Shown: piece by piece, positions 19,815-29,599 of the stretch
Numbering within the stretch: the stretch's first letter is position 1
Layout of the letters: each line of letters starts with the position of its first letter
Assembly: GCA_945859975.1 (NCBI GenBank)
Contig: CAMAPH010000006.1
Span: 1-64,000, forward strand
Reading direction: 5' to 3'
DNA length: 64,000 nucleotides
DNA from: Chthonomonas calidirosea
Lineage (GTDB): Bacteria > Armatimonadota > Fimbriimonadia > Fimbriimonadales > Fimbriimonadaceae
Notes under the pieces: generated by a model
What the model saw: the letters and a program-made list of their open reading frames with translations, nothing else
Told to the model about the DNA's origin: nothing
Databases searched by the model: none
Position numbers and translations under genes: made by a program

Positions 19815-20807
19815 ATGGTTTTGGTAGTGGGCGGCGCGGGATACATCGGATCTCACATGACGCAGTGGCTCCGCAATCAAGGCTGGCCACACCTCGTTTT
19901 CGACAATCTGGAATACGGTCATGAAGCCGCAGTTGCCGGTTCACCGTTCGTGAAAGGTGACTTACGCGACGAGGCCGACCTCAATGCCGTCTTCGATGCC
20001 CACCCAGAAATTGATGTCGTGATGCACTTCGCGGCCTACACCTACGTCGGCGAGAGCGTGACGGAGCCCGGCAAGTATTGGAAGAACAACACCTCGGCCG
20101 TGCTTGCCCTCCTCGAAATCATGCGAGAGCGAGAGATTAAGAAATTCATCTTCAGCTCTACATGCGCAACCTTTGGCGAGCCCCAGCGAATTCCGCTCAC
20201 CGAAGACCATCCCCAAAATCCGATTTCTCCTTACGGCCAAACTAAGCTCGCCGTCGAGATGATCTTGAAGGACTTCGACCATGCTTACGGCCTTCGAAGC
20301 GTTGCCCTCCGCTACTTCAATGCCGCCGGGGCGGACCCCAATGGAGCCATCGGCGAAGACCACCGACCCGAAGCCCACCTCATCCCGAACGCTATCTTCG
20401 CCGCCACCGGCAAGAAGCCGCCGCTCACGATTTTTGGAAACGACTACGACACGCCAGACGGCACTTGTGTTCGCGATTACATCCACGTGGTCGATCTCGC
20501 CCAAGCCCATGCCCTTGCCATCACTCACCTTCGAGATGGCGGAGATTCGCGGTTTTACAACCTCGGAAACGGAAACGGTTATTCGGTTGCGGAAGTCATC
20601 CAAACGATCGAAGAAGTCACTGGGCTCCCCGTTCCGCATTCGATTGGACCACGCCGACCGGGCGACCCTGCACGCCTGATCGGCTCCAGCGCAAAGGTCA
20701 AAGCCGATTGGAATTGGAATCCGCAGTATCCCGACCTTCGCTCCATTATTGAGCACGCCTGGGCGTGGCATTCACGTCATCCAAACGGCTACGAAGATCA
20801 CGCCTAA
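19815..20807 (+). CDS. galE: UDP-glucose 4-epimerase
   Basis: GGAGYIGSH, HFAA..VGES, PYGQTK, LRYFNAAGA, DGTCVRDYIHV. Confidence 0.95.
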   Translation: MVLVVGGAGYIGSHMTQWLRNQGWPHLVFDNLEYGHEAAVAGSPFVKGDLRDEADLNAVFDAHPEIDVVMHFAAYTYVGESVTEPGKYWKNNTSAVLALLEIMREREIKKFIFSSTCATFGEPQRIPLTEDHPQNPISPYGQTKLAVEMILKDFDHAYGLRSVALRYFNAAGADPNGAIGEDHRPEAHLIPNAIFAATGKKPPLTIFGNDYDTPDGTCVRDYIHVVDLAQAHALAITHLRDGGDSRFYNLGNGNGYSVAEVIQTIEEVTGLPVPHSIGPRRPGDPARLIGSSAKVKADWNWNPQYPDLRSIIEHAWAWHSRHPNGYEDHA

Positions 20808-20822
20808 CTCGACGGGTACAGT

Positions 20823-21185
20823 TTGGCGATGCCAGGCGAAGTCGCATGGAACTCAACCCAAATATTGATGATGCCGGCACTCCTTTCGGTGCTCGGATTC
20901 TTCTCGCTGATTCTTGGCTGGATTTCCTTCAAGAACTCGGGTGATTTGCCAAAGTGGCGTTGGATCAGCCTCGTACTTTTCGTCGCCGGCTTCTTTTTCG
21001 GTTTCACCTGGTTCTGGCGTTACATAAATCCGAGCGTTGACTCTTACGCCTACCGAACAACGATCACGACCCGATTTATGGTCGCCGCGCACTACGTTGC
21101 GCCGTTGATTCCGCTAATCTTCATCATCTTGTACTTCGTGCTCGATCAAAAGATGAAGAAAGCCGCGCAAGAGCAAGCCGGATGA
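20823..21185 (+). CDS. Hypothetical membrane protein (3 TM); start uncertain
   Basis: Three hydrophobic segments; ATGA overlap with the next gene. Confidence 0.6.
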   Translation: MAMPGEVAWNSTQILMMPALLSVLGFFSLILGWISFKNSGDLPKWRWISLVLFVAGFFFGFTWFWRYINPSVDSYAYRTTITTRFMVAAHYVAPLIPLIFIILYFVLDQKMKKAAQEQAG

Positions 21186-22030
21186 TCCTCGTCCTCGGCG
21201 CGGGCGGAATGCTCGGGAAAGACGTGATGCGTGCCTTCGGGACTTTGGCAACAGGTCTATCGCGTGCAGAATGCGATATTGCCGATCCGACGCACATTGC
21301 CAAGCTCGGCATGGGCGAATTCGGGCGCCCAAACTGGATCATCAACTGCGCGGCTTATACAAAGGTCGACCTCGCGGAGCAGGAGAAACAAGCTGCGTAT
21401 GACGCCAACGCTCTCGGGCCGTCCTACGTCAGCTCTGCCGCCGCCGACCTAAATGCCCGTGTGATCCACATCAGCACGGACTTCGTGTTTGATGGATCCA
21501 AGACGAGCCCATACACCGAAAACGATGAGACCACCCCGCTAAACGAGTACGGTCGGACCAAGCTCGCAGGGGAGCGCAACATCCTGCCCGCGATCATCTT
21601 GCGAACGAGTTGGCTCTTTGGCGCCGATGGCCCGTGCTTCCCGAAGACCATGATCCGCGTTGCTTCGTCTGGCAAGCCACTCCGCGTGGTCGCAGACCAG
21701 ATCGGCTGCCCAACCTACACCGAAGACCTCGCCCAAACCGTCGCCGATGTCGTTCAGGCAAACCTGCCCGATGGCATCTACCACGCCACCGGTCACGAAC
21801 CGATGTCTTGGTTCGATTTCGCCAAGCGATCGGTTGCGATGGCTGGCGTTAAATGTGCAGATATCAGCCCGATTCAAACCGAAGACTGGCCAACCCCGGC
21901 CGCGCGACCGAAGTATTCCGTACTGAGCAATGAGAAGCTCCACGACGCAGGAATCCCGAAAATGCCGGAACTTGATTCCGCCCTCCGCCGGTTTACGGAT
22001 AGACTCAACCAGCCCGAGCCAACCGCTTAG
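21182..22030 (+). CDS. rfbD: dTDP-4-dehydrorhamnose reductase
   Basis: GAGGMLG, NCAAYTKVD, ISTDFVFDG, YGRTKLAGE, DQIGCPT, RPKYSVL. Confidence 0.93.
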   Translation: MILVLGAGGMLGKDVMRAFGTLATGLSRAECDIADPTHIAKLGMGEFGRPNWIINCAAYTKVDLAEQEKQAAYDANALGPSYVSSAAADLNARVIHISTDFVFDGSKTSPYTENDETTPLNEYGRTKLAGERNILPAIILRTSWLFGADGPCFPKTMIRVASSGKPLRVVADQIGCPTYTEDLAQTVADVVQANLPDGIYHATGHEPMSWFDFAKRSVAMAGVKCADISPIQTEDWPTPAARPKYSVLSNEKLHDAGIPKMPELDSALRRFTDRLNQPEPTA

Positions 22031-22066
22031 GCACGAAAACGCTACCGAAAGCGTTCCTGAAAGCAA

Positions 22067-22981
22067 ATGGCCCCGTACTTCCGCCTGTTACGCCCGAAAC
22101 AGTGGATCAAGGGCTTTGTCGTCTTTGCCGCGATCTTATTCACCGATCCGCTGAACAACCCCGAAGGCTGGCGACTCAGCCTCCTCGCGTTCCTGATTTT
22201 CGGCTTAGTCGGATCGGCGACCTACATCGTCAACGACACCCTCGACGCCCCGCAAGATCGGCTCCATCCGAAGAAGAAGTTCCGCCCCATTGCTTCGGGC
22301 GAAGTGAAAGTACCGATTGCCTTGGGTCTGGCCGTGCTTCTGACCGCAGCTGCCTTCGGGCTTCTGACCCTATTGCCGATGCTCGCAACGATCATCATCG
22401 TTCTCTACATCGCCATCCAAGCCGCCTATAACCTCGTTCTGAAGAGCCAACCGATTGCAGATGTCTTCTGCCTGTCTTCCGGATTCGTCCTTCGAGCCGC
22501 GGTTGGCGCGGCGGCAATGAACGTTGAAGTGTCCTCGTGGCTTCTCTACTGCACCTTCTCCCTGGCCCTCATGCTCGGGTTCGGTAAACGACGAGGCGAA
22601 CGGATCCTGATGGGCGATAACGCGAGTTCCACGCGGACGAGCTTGGGAGCCTATAACTTGCGATTCCTGGACACCGCGGTTGTGGTCTGCGCGGCCGCTT
22701 CCCTGCTCGGCTATGGCGTTTACTGCATTGAAAGCCAAACCGCGATGGACCACCCGCTCCTGAAATTCACCTACCTCTGGGTGGCTTTCGCGGTGTTCCG
22801 GTTCCTGTTCCTCACCTTTACCGAGAACGACGGCGCCGAGCCGGAGAACCTCTTCTTGAAAGACATCCCGATGATCACGGCCGTCGTGCTTTTCGGCCTC
22901 ACTGCGCTCTTCGCGATGGTCTCGCCCCGGTTGGATGATTTGGACCTAAAAGTCGGATCCATTTCGCAGGGGGCAAAGTAA
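22067..22981 (+). CDS. Polyprenyl-phosphate phosphoribosyltransferase (UbiA family, Rv3806c-like)
   Basis: LRPKQWIK, YIVND..D..QDRLHPKKKFRPIASG, GKRRGE; multi-TM. Confidence 0.85.
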   Translation: MAPYFRLLRPKQWIKGFVVFAAILFTDPLNNPEGWRLSLLAFLIFGLVGSATYIVNDTLDAPQDRLHPKKKFRPIASGEVKVPIALGLAVLLTAAAFGLLTLLPMLATIIIVLYIAIQAAYNLVLKSQPIADVFCLSSGFVLRAAVGAAAMNVEVSSWLLYCTFSLALMLGFGKRRGERILMGDNASSTRTSLGAYNLRFLDTAVVVCAAASLLGYGVYCIESQTAMDHPLLKFTYLWVAFAVFRFLFLTFTENDGAEPENLFLKDIPMITAVVLFGLTALFAMVSPRLDDLDLKVGSISQGAK

Positions 22982-22983
22982 CC

Positions 22984-23715
22984 GTGTCACGGCCATTTCG
23001 CACCGCGATCGTCGTTGGCGCATCCTCGGGCATCGGACTTGCCTTGGCCGAGCAGCTCGCGGCCTCGGGCTGCCGCGTCGCCGCAATCGCCCGGCGGAAA
23101 GACCGGCTCGATGAACTCGCCACGCGATTTCCTAACCTCGTCCTTCCCTTCGCGCACGACGTGACCGAGTTTGCCGAAGTGCCAGAGCTGTTCCAGCAAA
23201 TCACAACTCAACTCGGCGGATTGGACCTCATCATCTACGCTTCCGGCATCATGCCTGAGGTCGGCAAGACCGAGTTCAACACCGACAAGGACATCGCGAC
23301 GATCAACGTGAACGTCCTCGGCGCCATTGCTTGGCTGAACCAAGCCGCGATCCGCTTCCAAGGCTCCAAGACCGGCACGATCATCGGCATCGGCAGCGTC
23401 GCCGGAGACCGTGGCCGGCCCGGACAGCCGGCTTACAACACCTCCAAAGCCGCTCTGTCGACTTATCTAGAAGCCCTTCGAAATCGACTTTCGAAGCTTG
23501 GCGTGATTGTCATCAACGTGAAGCCAGGTCCGGTAGATACGGAAATGACCCGGCATCTGGGTTTCAAGAATGCCATTTCAGCAGGCGATGCAGCGAGAAT
23601 CATCCTCTCGAAAACGACTCGCTCACGGGAGTACTACCTAGAGCCGAAGCACCACTTGATCTTTGCGATCATTCGGAGGTTGCCGTCTTGGATCATGCAG
23701 CGGCTAGGCATCTAG
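22984..23715 (+). CDS. SDR oxidoreductase, DprE2-like
   Basis: VGASSGIG, SVAGDRGR..YNTSK, VKPGPVDTEMT; lies between UbiA-like and DprE1-like genes. Confidence 0.75.
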   Translation: MSRPFRTAIVVGASSGIGLALAEQLAASGCRVAAIARRKDRLDELATRFPNLVLPFAHDVTEFAEVPELFQQITTQLGGLDLIIYASGIMPEVGKTEFNTDKDIATINVNVLGAIAWLNQAAIRFQGSKTGTIIGIGSVAGDRGRPGQPAYNTSKAALSTYLEALRNRLSKLGVIVINVKPGPVDTEMTRHLGFKNAISAGDAARIILSKTTRSREYYLEPKHHLIFAIIRRLPSWIMQRLGI

Positions 23716-25109
23716 AGCTCGCCCGAATCCGGCGCTTTGACGGCTTCGGCGGCCTTTCGCCGGGTGACGGTTACCTTTTCGAACCGACCAGCCTGGATGA
23801 ACTTCGGAGCGTCGTCCTTCTGGCGGAACAGCTCAACGTCCCAATTACGCTCCGCGGCAGCGGACGGTCTTACGGAGACACTTCTAGCCCACTCGAATCG
23901 GTAACCATCTCCCTCGCCCGGATGAACCGCGTGCTCACCTGGGACAAGGAAGCTGGCGTCATCGAGGCCGAAGGCGGGGCCACGCTGGAAGCCATTTGGC
24001 AATATGTCTTGCAAGACGGTTGGTGGTTCAACGTCGTTAGCGGCACGATGAAGCCGACCCTAGCCGGAGCCGTCTCGACCAACATTCACGGGAAAAACAA
24101 CCTGACCCACGGCACCTTTGCCGAACACGTCGAGATGGTCGAAATCATGCTCGCAAGCGGCGAAGTCCGACAGCTCGTACCATCCCAGCCCGAATTTTGG
24201 GCCGTCCACGGCGGACTCGGTCTGCTTGGGATCGTGACCAAAGTCCGGTTTCGACTGAAGAAAATCACCAGCGGCAACGTCCGAGTGGTCCAACGGCGCG
24301 TGCACAGTTGGGCAGATCACTTTGAACTCTTCGATACTTTCGCCGACGCGGACTATTCCGTGAGCTGGGTAAACGGCTTCACGAGCGGTTCCGGTGTCTT
24401 CCAAGCCGCATGGCACGGCGAATCTTCCGAACCCGAAACTCTGGACCTCCGTCATCAGATAATCGAAGGAAAGCTCGCGGGACTGATACATCGCGACACC
24501 GCTTGGAAGCATCTTCGCCGGATCACAAACCGCCCAGGAATGAAACTCGCGTCGGCGCTAAAGAGCAATGCCGCGCGGATCTCCGAAGGCGCGCCAAAGG
24601 TCACGAGCCTGGTTCAGTACAACTTTCCCCTGGATTACTTACCGAATTGGCAACGGGCTTACGTGCCGAACGGATTGCTCCAGTTCCAAGCCATCGTGCC
24701 CACCGCCCATGCTGAGAACGTTTTCAACGAGCTGACTCGCCGCTGGCGAAGCAAAAAAATAGAGCCGTACTTGGTCGTCCTTAAAAAGCACCGCCCCGAC
24801 GAAACCTGGCTGCGCTACCTCGACCATGGCTTCTCCCTCGCGCTCGACTTCCGGCAAACCCCGCGCAATGCCGGAGCGCTGAACAATTTGTACGACGAGA
24901 TGGCCGAAGTCGTCCTCAATGCCGGTGGCCGCTTCTATTTCGCCAAGGACGGTTTACTATCCCCAGCCCAAGCCCAACGAAGCCTAGGCGAGGCCGCGAT
25001 TGCGCGATTTACCGCTCTAAGAGACGACTGGGACCCCAAGCGCAGGTTCAAGACCCAGTTGAGTTGCCGGATTGGGCTGGATGAGTGTGTACAATACGCC
25101 AGACCGTAA
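23688..25109 (+). CDS. FAD-binding oxidoreductase, DprE1-like
   Basis: TTG at 23688 with GGAGG 8 nt upstream; LRGSGRSYGD, NIHGKN, GGLGLLG, LALDF, GGRFYFAKD. Confidence 0.82.
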   Translation: MDHAAARHLELARIRRFDGFGGLSPGDGYLFEPTSLDELRSVVLLAEQLNVPITLRGSGRSYGDTSSPLESVTISLARMNRVLTWDKEAGVIEAEGGATLEAIWQYVLQDGWWFNVVSGTMKPTLAGAVSTNIHGKNNLTHGTFAEHVEMVEIMLASGEVRQLVPSQPEFWAVHGGLGLLGIVTKVRFRLKKITSGNVRVVQRRVHSWADHFELFDTFADADYSVSWVNGFTSGSGVFQAAWHGESSEPETLDLRHQIIEGKLAGLIHRDTAWKHLRRITNRPGMKLASALKSNAARISEGAPKVTSLVQYNFPLDYLPNWQRAYVPNGLLQFQAIVPTAHAENVFNELTRRWRSKKIEPYLVVLKKHRPDETWLRYLDHGFSLALDFRQTPRNAGALNNLYDEMAEVVLNAGGRFYFAKDGLLSPAQAQRSLGEAAIARFTALRDDWDPKRRFKTQLSCRIGLDECVQYARP

Positions 25110-25136
25110 TGGTCCCCAAGGGAGTGAATTTTTCCG

Positions 25137-26108
25137 GTGATCAAATCAGATGCCGCTGCCTTTAAGTCCGCTCTCGACGGAGTCAAATCTGTCCGGATCG
25201 GCACCCACCAAAATCCCGACGGGGACGCCCTCGGTAGCGCCTTGGCGCTTTCACACTATTTGGACCAGCTTGGTATTGCGAACGAGGTTCTCTGCCATAA
25301 CTCGGCCCCGCGCAATCTCCAATTCTTGCCCAGCGTAAACCGCGTCCGCCAAACGCCGATTGCCGCAGAAGTCGATCTAGCGATCATGATCGACTTGGAA
25401 TCCATCGATCGACTAGGCACGGTTGCCCCGTACTTCCAAACCGGCGCGCCGCTGATGGTGATTGATCACCACATGCCGCACGAAATGCCCGGTCAGATCA
25501 GGATCATCGATACCAGCGCTCCCGCGGCAGCGCTCATCCTGGCCCGATTGCTGAAGCAAGTCGACGCCCACTTCACGCCCGAGATTTCCACCCTCTTGCT
25601 CGCCGGAATCGTAACCGACACCGGGTCCTTCCGGTACCGCAACACCACCCCCGAAGCCCTCAGCATGGCCGCGTTCCTGCTGGAGCACGGCGGCAATCTG
25701 AACCGCATTAGCGAAGAGGTCTTCCAACGCAAGCCGCTTAGCGCAACTCGGCTGCTGGGCTACGCCCTGAACGGCATGAAGATGTCGATGAACGGCTCCT
25801 TGGCCTGGACCGTTATCCCGAACTCGGCCTTCAAGCTTGCCAACGCTTCGGACGAAGACACCGAAGGCTTTGTGAACGAAATGCTCTTCACCGACTGCGT
25901 CCGGATCGCGGCCATTTTTCGGGAACCCAACCCAGGAAAGGTAAGGTGTTCCATTCGCTCTCGCTCCGATCTTGACGTGGCCCTGGTCGCGCGCAAGTTT
26001 GGGGGTGGGGGACACAAAAACGCCGCCGGCTGCACCTTCGAAGGGACCATCGAGTCCGCCGAATCGCAACTAGTCGCCGAACTTGAAAAGTGTTTGGAAT
26101 CCTCCTAA
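25137..26108 (+). CDS. nrnA: DHH/DHHA1 phosphoesterase (nanoRNase/pAp phosphatase)
   Basis: HQNPDGDALGS, IDHH, TDTGSF, FGGGGHKNAAG; adjacent to truB. Confidence 0.88.
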   Translation: MIKSDAAAFKSALDGVKSVRIGTHQNPDGDALGSALALSHYLDQLGIANEVLCHNSAPRNLQFLPSVNRVRQTPIAAEVDLAIMIDLESIDRLGTVAPYFQTGAPLMVIDHHMPHEMPGQIRIIDTSAPAAALILARLLKQVDAHFTPEISTLLLAGIVTDTGSFRYRNTTPEALSMAAFLLEHGGNLNRISEEVFQRKPLSATRLLGYALNGMKMSMNGSLAWTVIPNSAFKLANASDEDTEGFVNEMLFTDCVRIAAIFREPNPGKVRCSIRSRSDLDVALVARKFGGGGHKNAAGCTFEGTIESAESQLVAELEKCLESS

Positions 26109-26962
26109 TTAACAAACCGCTTGGCATGACATCGCACGATGTCGTGAACCAAATGCGGCGACGATTCTCAACCAAACGAGTGGGGCACGCTGGCACGCTA
26201 GACCCCATGGCCTCCGGCCTTCTTGTAGTCGCCATCGGTTCCGCCACCCGATTCCTTCAGTACCTCCCCCTTGAGCCTAAGGAGTACATCGCCAAGATTC
26301 GCTTTGGCGTGGAGACTTCGACGTACGATCTTGAGGGACAACCGTCGGACCCGAAGCCGCTCCCGGAAAACCTTGGCGCAGAAATCGAGACTCACCTGGC
26401 CGCTTTTCGCGGACTGATTCAACAATTCCCACCGATGTACAGCGCGGTCAAAGTGAACGGTCAGCCACTCTACCGACTCGCCCGACAAGGCCAAACGATC
26501 GAGCGCGAAGCCCGCACCGTGCATATCACGGAGTTCTCGATCCTCGATCTGGAAGGCGACGTTGCCACCGCCCGCATCATTTGCTCCGGTGGCACCTACG
26601 TTCGGTCCCTGGCTCATGATCTCGGGCAAGCGATGGGCTGTGGCGCGCACCTTGTCGGCCTCAAGCGGACCCGAGTCGGTCGCTTTTCCGAAGAAATGGC
26701 GATCCCGATGACCGAAATCGGCCCCGAGCACGTGATCGTGCTTGCCGAGGCGCTTCCGCCAATGCAGCTGATGGAACTCACCGACATCGAGGTTGCCGCC
26801 ATTCGGCAAGGCAAGCAACTCAGTCTTCCCGTTCCCACCGAACGCAGCATCGTGGGGCTATTGGACCCCCGAGGCAATGTTTTCTCCGTCGCCCGCGTCA
26901 TGGGTGACATGTTGCAGCCGGAATGCGTGATTCCCGCCGAGGTGCCGGATGCCGTTGCTTGA
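26090..26962 (+). CDS. truB: tRNA pseudouridine(55) synthase
   Basis: KPLGMTSHDVV, GHAGTLDPMASG, PPMYSAVK, CSGGTYVRSL. Confidence 0.96.
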   Translation: MFGILLINKPLGMTSHDVVNQMRRRFSTKRVGHAGTLDPMASGLLVVAIGSATRFLQYLPLEPKEYIAKIRFGVETSTYDLEGQPSDPKPLPENLGAEIETHLAAFRGLIQQFPPMYSAVKVNGQPLYRLARQGQTIEREARTVHITEFSILDLEGDVATARIICSGGTYVRSLAHDLGQAMGCGAHLVGLKRTRVGRFSEEMAIPMTEIGPEHVIVLAEALPPMQLMELTDIEVAAIRQGKQLSLPVPTERSIVGLLDPRGNVFSVARVMGDMLQPECVIPAEVPDAVA

Positions 26963-27440
26963 ACCAACGGACTCGCGCAATCCGATAACTTTCCAGACTT
27001 TCTGGTTCGGCTGTTGGCTCGCGGTCACGGGCATTGCGCTCTATCTAAATCCAAGCGCCGATGGGCACGGCACGCACCAGCAACTTGGCCTCTCGCCTTG
27101 CCCCAGTGCTCTTATTCTTAATCGCCCATGCCCAGGCTGCGGACTTACGACAAGCTGGACCGCCCTCGTTCACGGTCAATTCGAGCGCTCGTTCGAATCG
27201 CACTGGCTGGGTCCGTTCCTCTATCTGGTCTTCACGTGGTCTGCGTTCATGGCGCTCGCCGGGATTGTGACGAAGCAGAAGTTCAACACCGATGGTCCGA
27301 TCATGAACCGTTGCATGATCGCGCTCGGCGTGGTGTTCTTTGTATACGGCTTCGGACGAATGGCGTTGGTCAACGACTTTCGATCGCCGAAAGAGCGCAT
27401 GATTATTGAGAACGTTCGGCATCAGTTTGGGCAAAAATAG
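26949..27440 (+). CDS. DUF2752-like membrane protein
   Basis: GTHQQLGLSPC...PCPGCGLTTS motif with flanking TMs. Confidence 0.75.
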   Translation: MPLLEPTDSRNPITFQTFWFGCWLAVTGIALYLNPSADGHGTHQQLGLSPCPSALILNRPCPGCGLTTSWTALVHGQFERSFESHWLGPFLYLVFTWSAFMALAGIVTKQKFNTDGPIMNRCMIALGVVFFVYGFGRMALVNDFRSPKERMIIENVRHQFGQK

Positions 27441-28383
27441 CCGGCGTTCCGCCCGTGTGCCAGAAGCAAACCTTGCCGCTGATCTCTCCGTTTTTTGCCA
27501 TGGCTAATAATCCGGCAAAGGCCTTTGCGCTGTAGATCGGATCAAGAAAGATCCCTTCCCTCTGCGCCAGATACTCGAGGGCAGCTTGTCCGGCATCGCT
27601 CGGAATTCCGTAACCCGCCCGGACGAAGCGAAAGTCCACCGAGTAATCCGTCGCATCCAGCTCGACCTCCAAAGACGCGAGAGCCGCCAAAGATTTCCCG
27701 AGCGCAGCGAACTCTTCCGCGATCTCCGGCTCCGGGTCGCATGCAACGCCAAGGACTCGAGTTCCCGTGCCCTGTAGCCCGTACAACAAGCCGGAATGAG
27801 TGCTGCCGCTGCTGGAAGCGAAGATGACCGCATCAAACTGTTCCGCGCGGATTTCCTCGGCGGCCTTCAAAAATCCATACGCCCCGAGGGCCGTGCTGCC
27901 GCCTACGGGAATTTCGTAAACGTTCTTTCCTTCTCCTCTGATTTCTGCGGCTCGGTCGGCAAGCGCCTCAAACAGGGTGTCCCAAGTGCCGTTCGGCAAT
28001 ACGACCCAGTCGATACCAAGGATGTCGCCTAACAAACGATTGCCAGATTCCGCCCTAAGCCCGTGCCCTTCCGGCAACTCGTACTCGTACGGTTTATCCA
28101 TCACCACCGCTACGCATCGAACTCCAACCATCGCGCAAGCCGCTCCTAGTTGGCGGATGAAGTTGCTCTGAATGCTGCCGCAAGTGATGACCGTATCTGC
28201 CCCTGTGGCCAGAACGTCGGGAATGAGATATTCCAGTTTCCGACCTTTGTTGCCGCCAAAGCCAAAACCCGTGAGATCGTCCCGCTTGATCCAAACGTCC
28301 ATTCCGAGATCGTCCGAAACGCCGTCAAGGCGATGGAGAGGCGTCGGCAGCAGGCAGAGGGGTTTTCTAACGGGAATACTCAT
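27403..28383 (-). CDS. D-cysteine desulfhydrase / ACC deaminase family PLP enzyme
   Basis: PTPL, KRDDLTG.GFGGNKGRKLEY, QSNF, LDPIYSAK, WHTGG. Confidence 0.88.
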   Translation of the reverse strand: MSIPVRKPLCLLPTPLHRLDGVSDDLGMDVWIKRDDLTGFGFGGNKGRKLEYLIPDVLATGADTVITCGSIQSNFIRQLGAACAMVGVRCVAVVMDKPYEYELPEGHGLRAESGNRLLGDILGIDWVVLPNGTWDTLFEALADRAAEIRGEGKNVYEIPVGGSTALGAYGFLKAAEEIRAEQFDAVIFASSSGSTHSGLLYGLQGTGTRVLGVACDPEPEIAEEFAALGKSLAALASLEVELDATDYSVDFRFVRAGYGIPSDAGQAALEYLAQREGIFLDPIYSAKAFAGLLAMAKNGEISGKVCFWHTGGTPAIFAQTDAERSQ

Positions 28384-28425
28384 GGCGTCGAGAGGTGTCC
28401 AGTATATGGGAGCAGGCAAGAGCAG

Positions 28426-28929
28426 ATGAAAAATAAGTGGGTTCGAATAGGGTGCGGCTTAGTCCTGTTTGTCTTCTTCGGACTCGTCATTTGGGTCGGA
28501 CCGGTCGTTCGAGACCTCGTTAAGAACGGCTTCCTTGACCGCGTGGACCGCGAGGAATACACCGCCGACCGCGTTGGGAATCTCAAAGCCCTGCGAACCG
28601 CGCTGATGCTTTACCACGAGTCGGAAGGAACCTTTCCCGAAGCGAACGGCTGGGTAGAAGCCATCAAACCAAGAATCGCCTCAAACGGAATGTCCGAAGC
28701 CGAAGCCCTCCGCAAGTTCGACAACCCAGTTACCGCTGCCAAGGGCCAAATCGAATACGCCCTGAACCCAGCCGTGGCCGGAAAGTTCGAAGGCGACCTC
28801 CCATCCAAAGCCGTTCCCTTGATCACCGAATCCACCGGAACCGCGACCGACCGCTGGGCCATTTACGTCAACGGCGATGTCGTGGATGGCACCAAGAAGA
28901 GTCGAAGCTCATCTTTTGAATTGAAATGA
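28426..28929 (+). CDS. Hypothetical single-TM protein with pseudopilin-like segment
   Basis: N-terminal TM, then NLKALRTALMLYHESEGTFP. Confidence 0.6.
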   Translation: MKNKWVRIGCGLVLFVFFGLVIWVGPVVRDLVKNGFLDRVDREEYTADRVGNLKALRTALMLYHESEGTFPEANGWVEAIKPRIASNGMSEAEALRKFDNPVTAAKGQIEYALNPAVAGKFEGDLPSKAVPLITESTGTATDRWAIYVNGDVVDGTKKSRSSSFELK

Positions 28930-28959
28930 GAACGGAAAACGCAAGAATGGGGATGGAAA

Positions 28960-29430
28960 TTGGAGCCTGACAAATCGAAAGCGGTAATTATTAATCTCGA
29001 AGAATTGGCACTGCCTGTCTTCCGAATAGGTACTGGGGTTCGGTTCGATGAAACCTTGGACCAACTGAAGTTCATTTGTGAGGATGCATTACCGACGAAA
29101 GATGGGAAAATCGAGCCTATGAAGTACTTCTTTTGGGATGCCTCGAACCGCTGGTTCATGGCGGTCAACATTAAAAAAATCAAGCGAGCTCCATTGTTGA
29201 GAAGATTTTTTGGCCCCAGTGATCTCATGCTTGCAGACTATCAATTGCAATTACTAGACGAGCGTCCCAGAGAATGGAAGAGAGCATATTCCCATATGCT
29301 GGCTGTTATCGAGTATCCCACAGACAAAAAATTTAAAGCGCGAGCTAGTCTACACAAGTGTGATACTTCTGAAAAGTTGGTTCGTTGGATGCGAACATAT
29401 TGGACAAACAGTCCAAACAGAGGCTATTAG
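28960..29430 (+). CDS. Hypothetical protein, paralog A of a local three-member family
   Basis: Shares LPV.RIG, Y..WD...W..AVNI.K and YQL blocks with 29939..30427 and 30517..31005. Confidence 0.75.
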   Translation: MEPDKSKAVIINLEELALPVFRIGTGVRFDETLDQLKFICEDALPTKDGKIEPMKYFFWDASNRWFMAVNIKKIKRAPLLRRFFGPSDLMLADYQLQLLDERPREWKRAYSHMLAVIEYPTDKKFKARASLHKCDTSEKLVRWMRTYWTNSPNRGY

Positions 29431-29599
29431 ATTGATCGTTAAGCCAGTGGTACACTAAGTTGTTGTGGCCCAGCAAATGAAACGGATCTCATGATTTCGG
29501 TAGCTCGACATTTAGGGACTATCCAAACGCGATTGTTGAGGTCTCACGCGCTTCCCAGAATTGACGCTTCTACCTGGGTCTCCATAAAATGACGGTCGT

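Noticed and set aside
23331..23687. N-terminal extensions in the ORF track (DprE1-like from 23331, GT from 12869, S8 from 31302, secretin from 50458, phosphoesterase from 19944)
   Set aside because: They overlap neighbouring genes or lack homology-like content; downstream starts with an RBS or signal peptide fit better.
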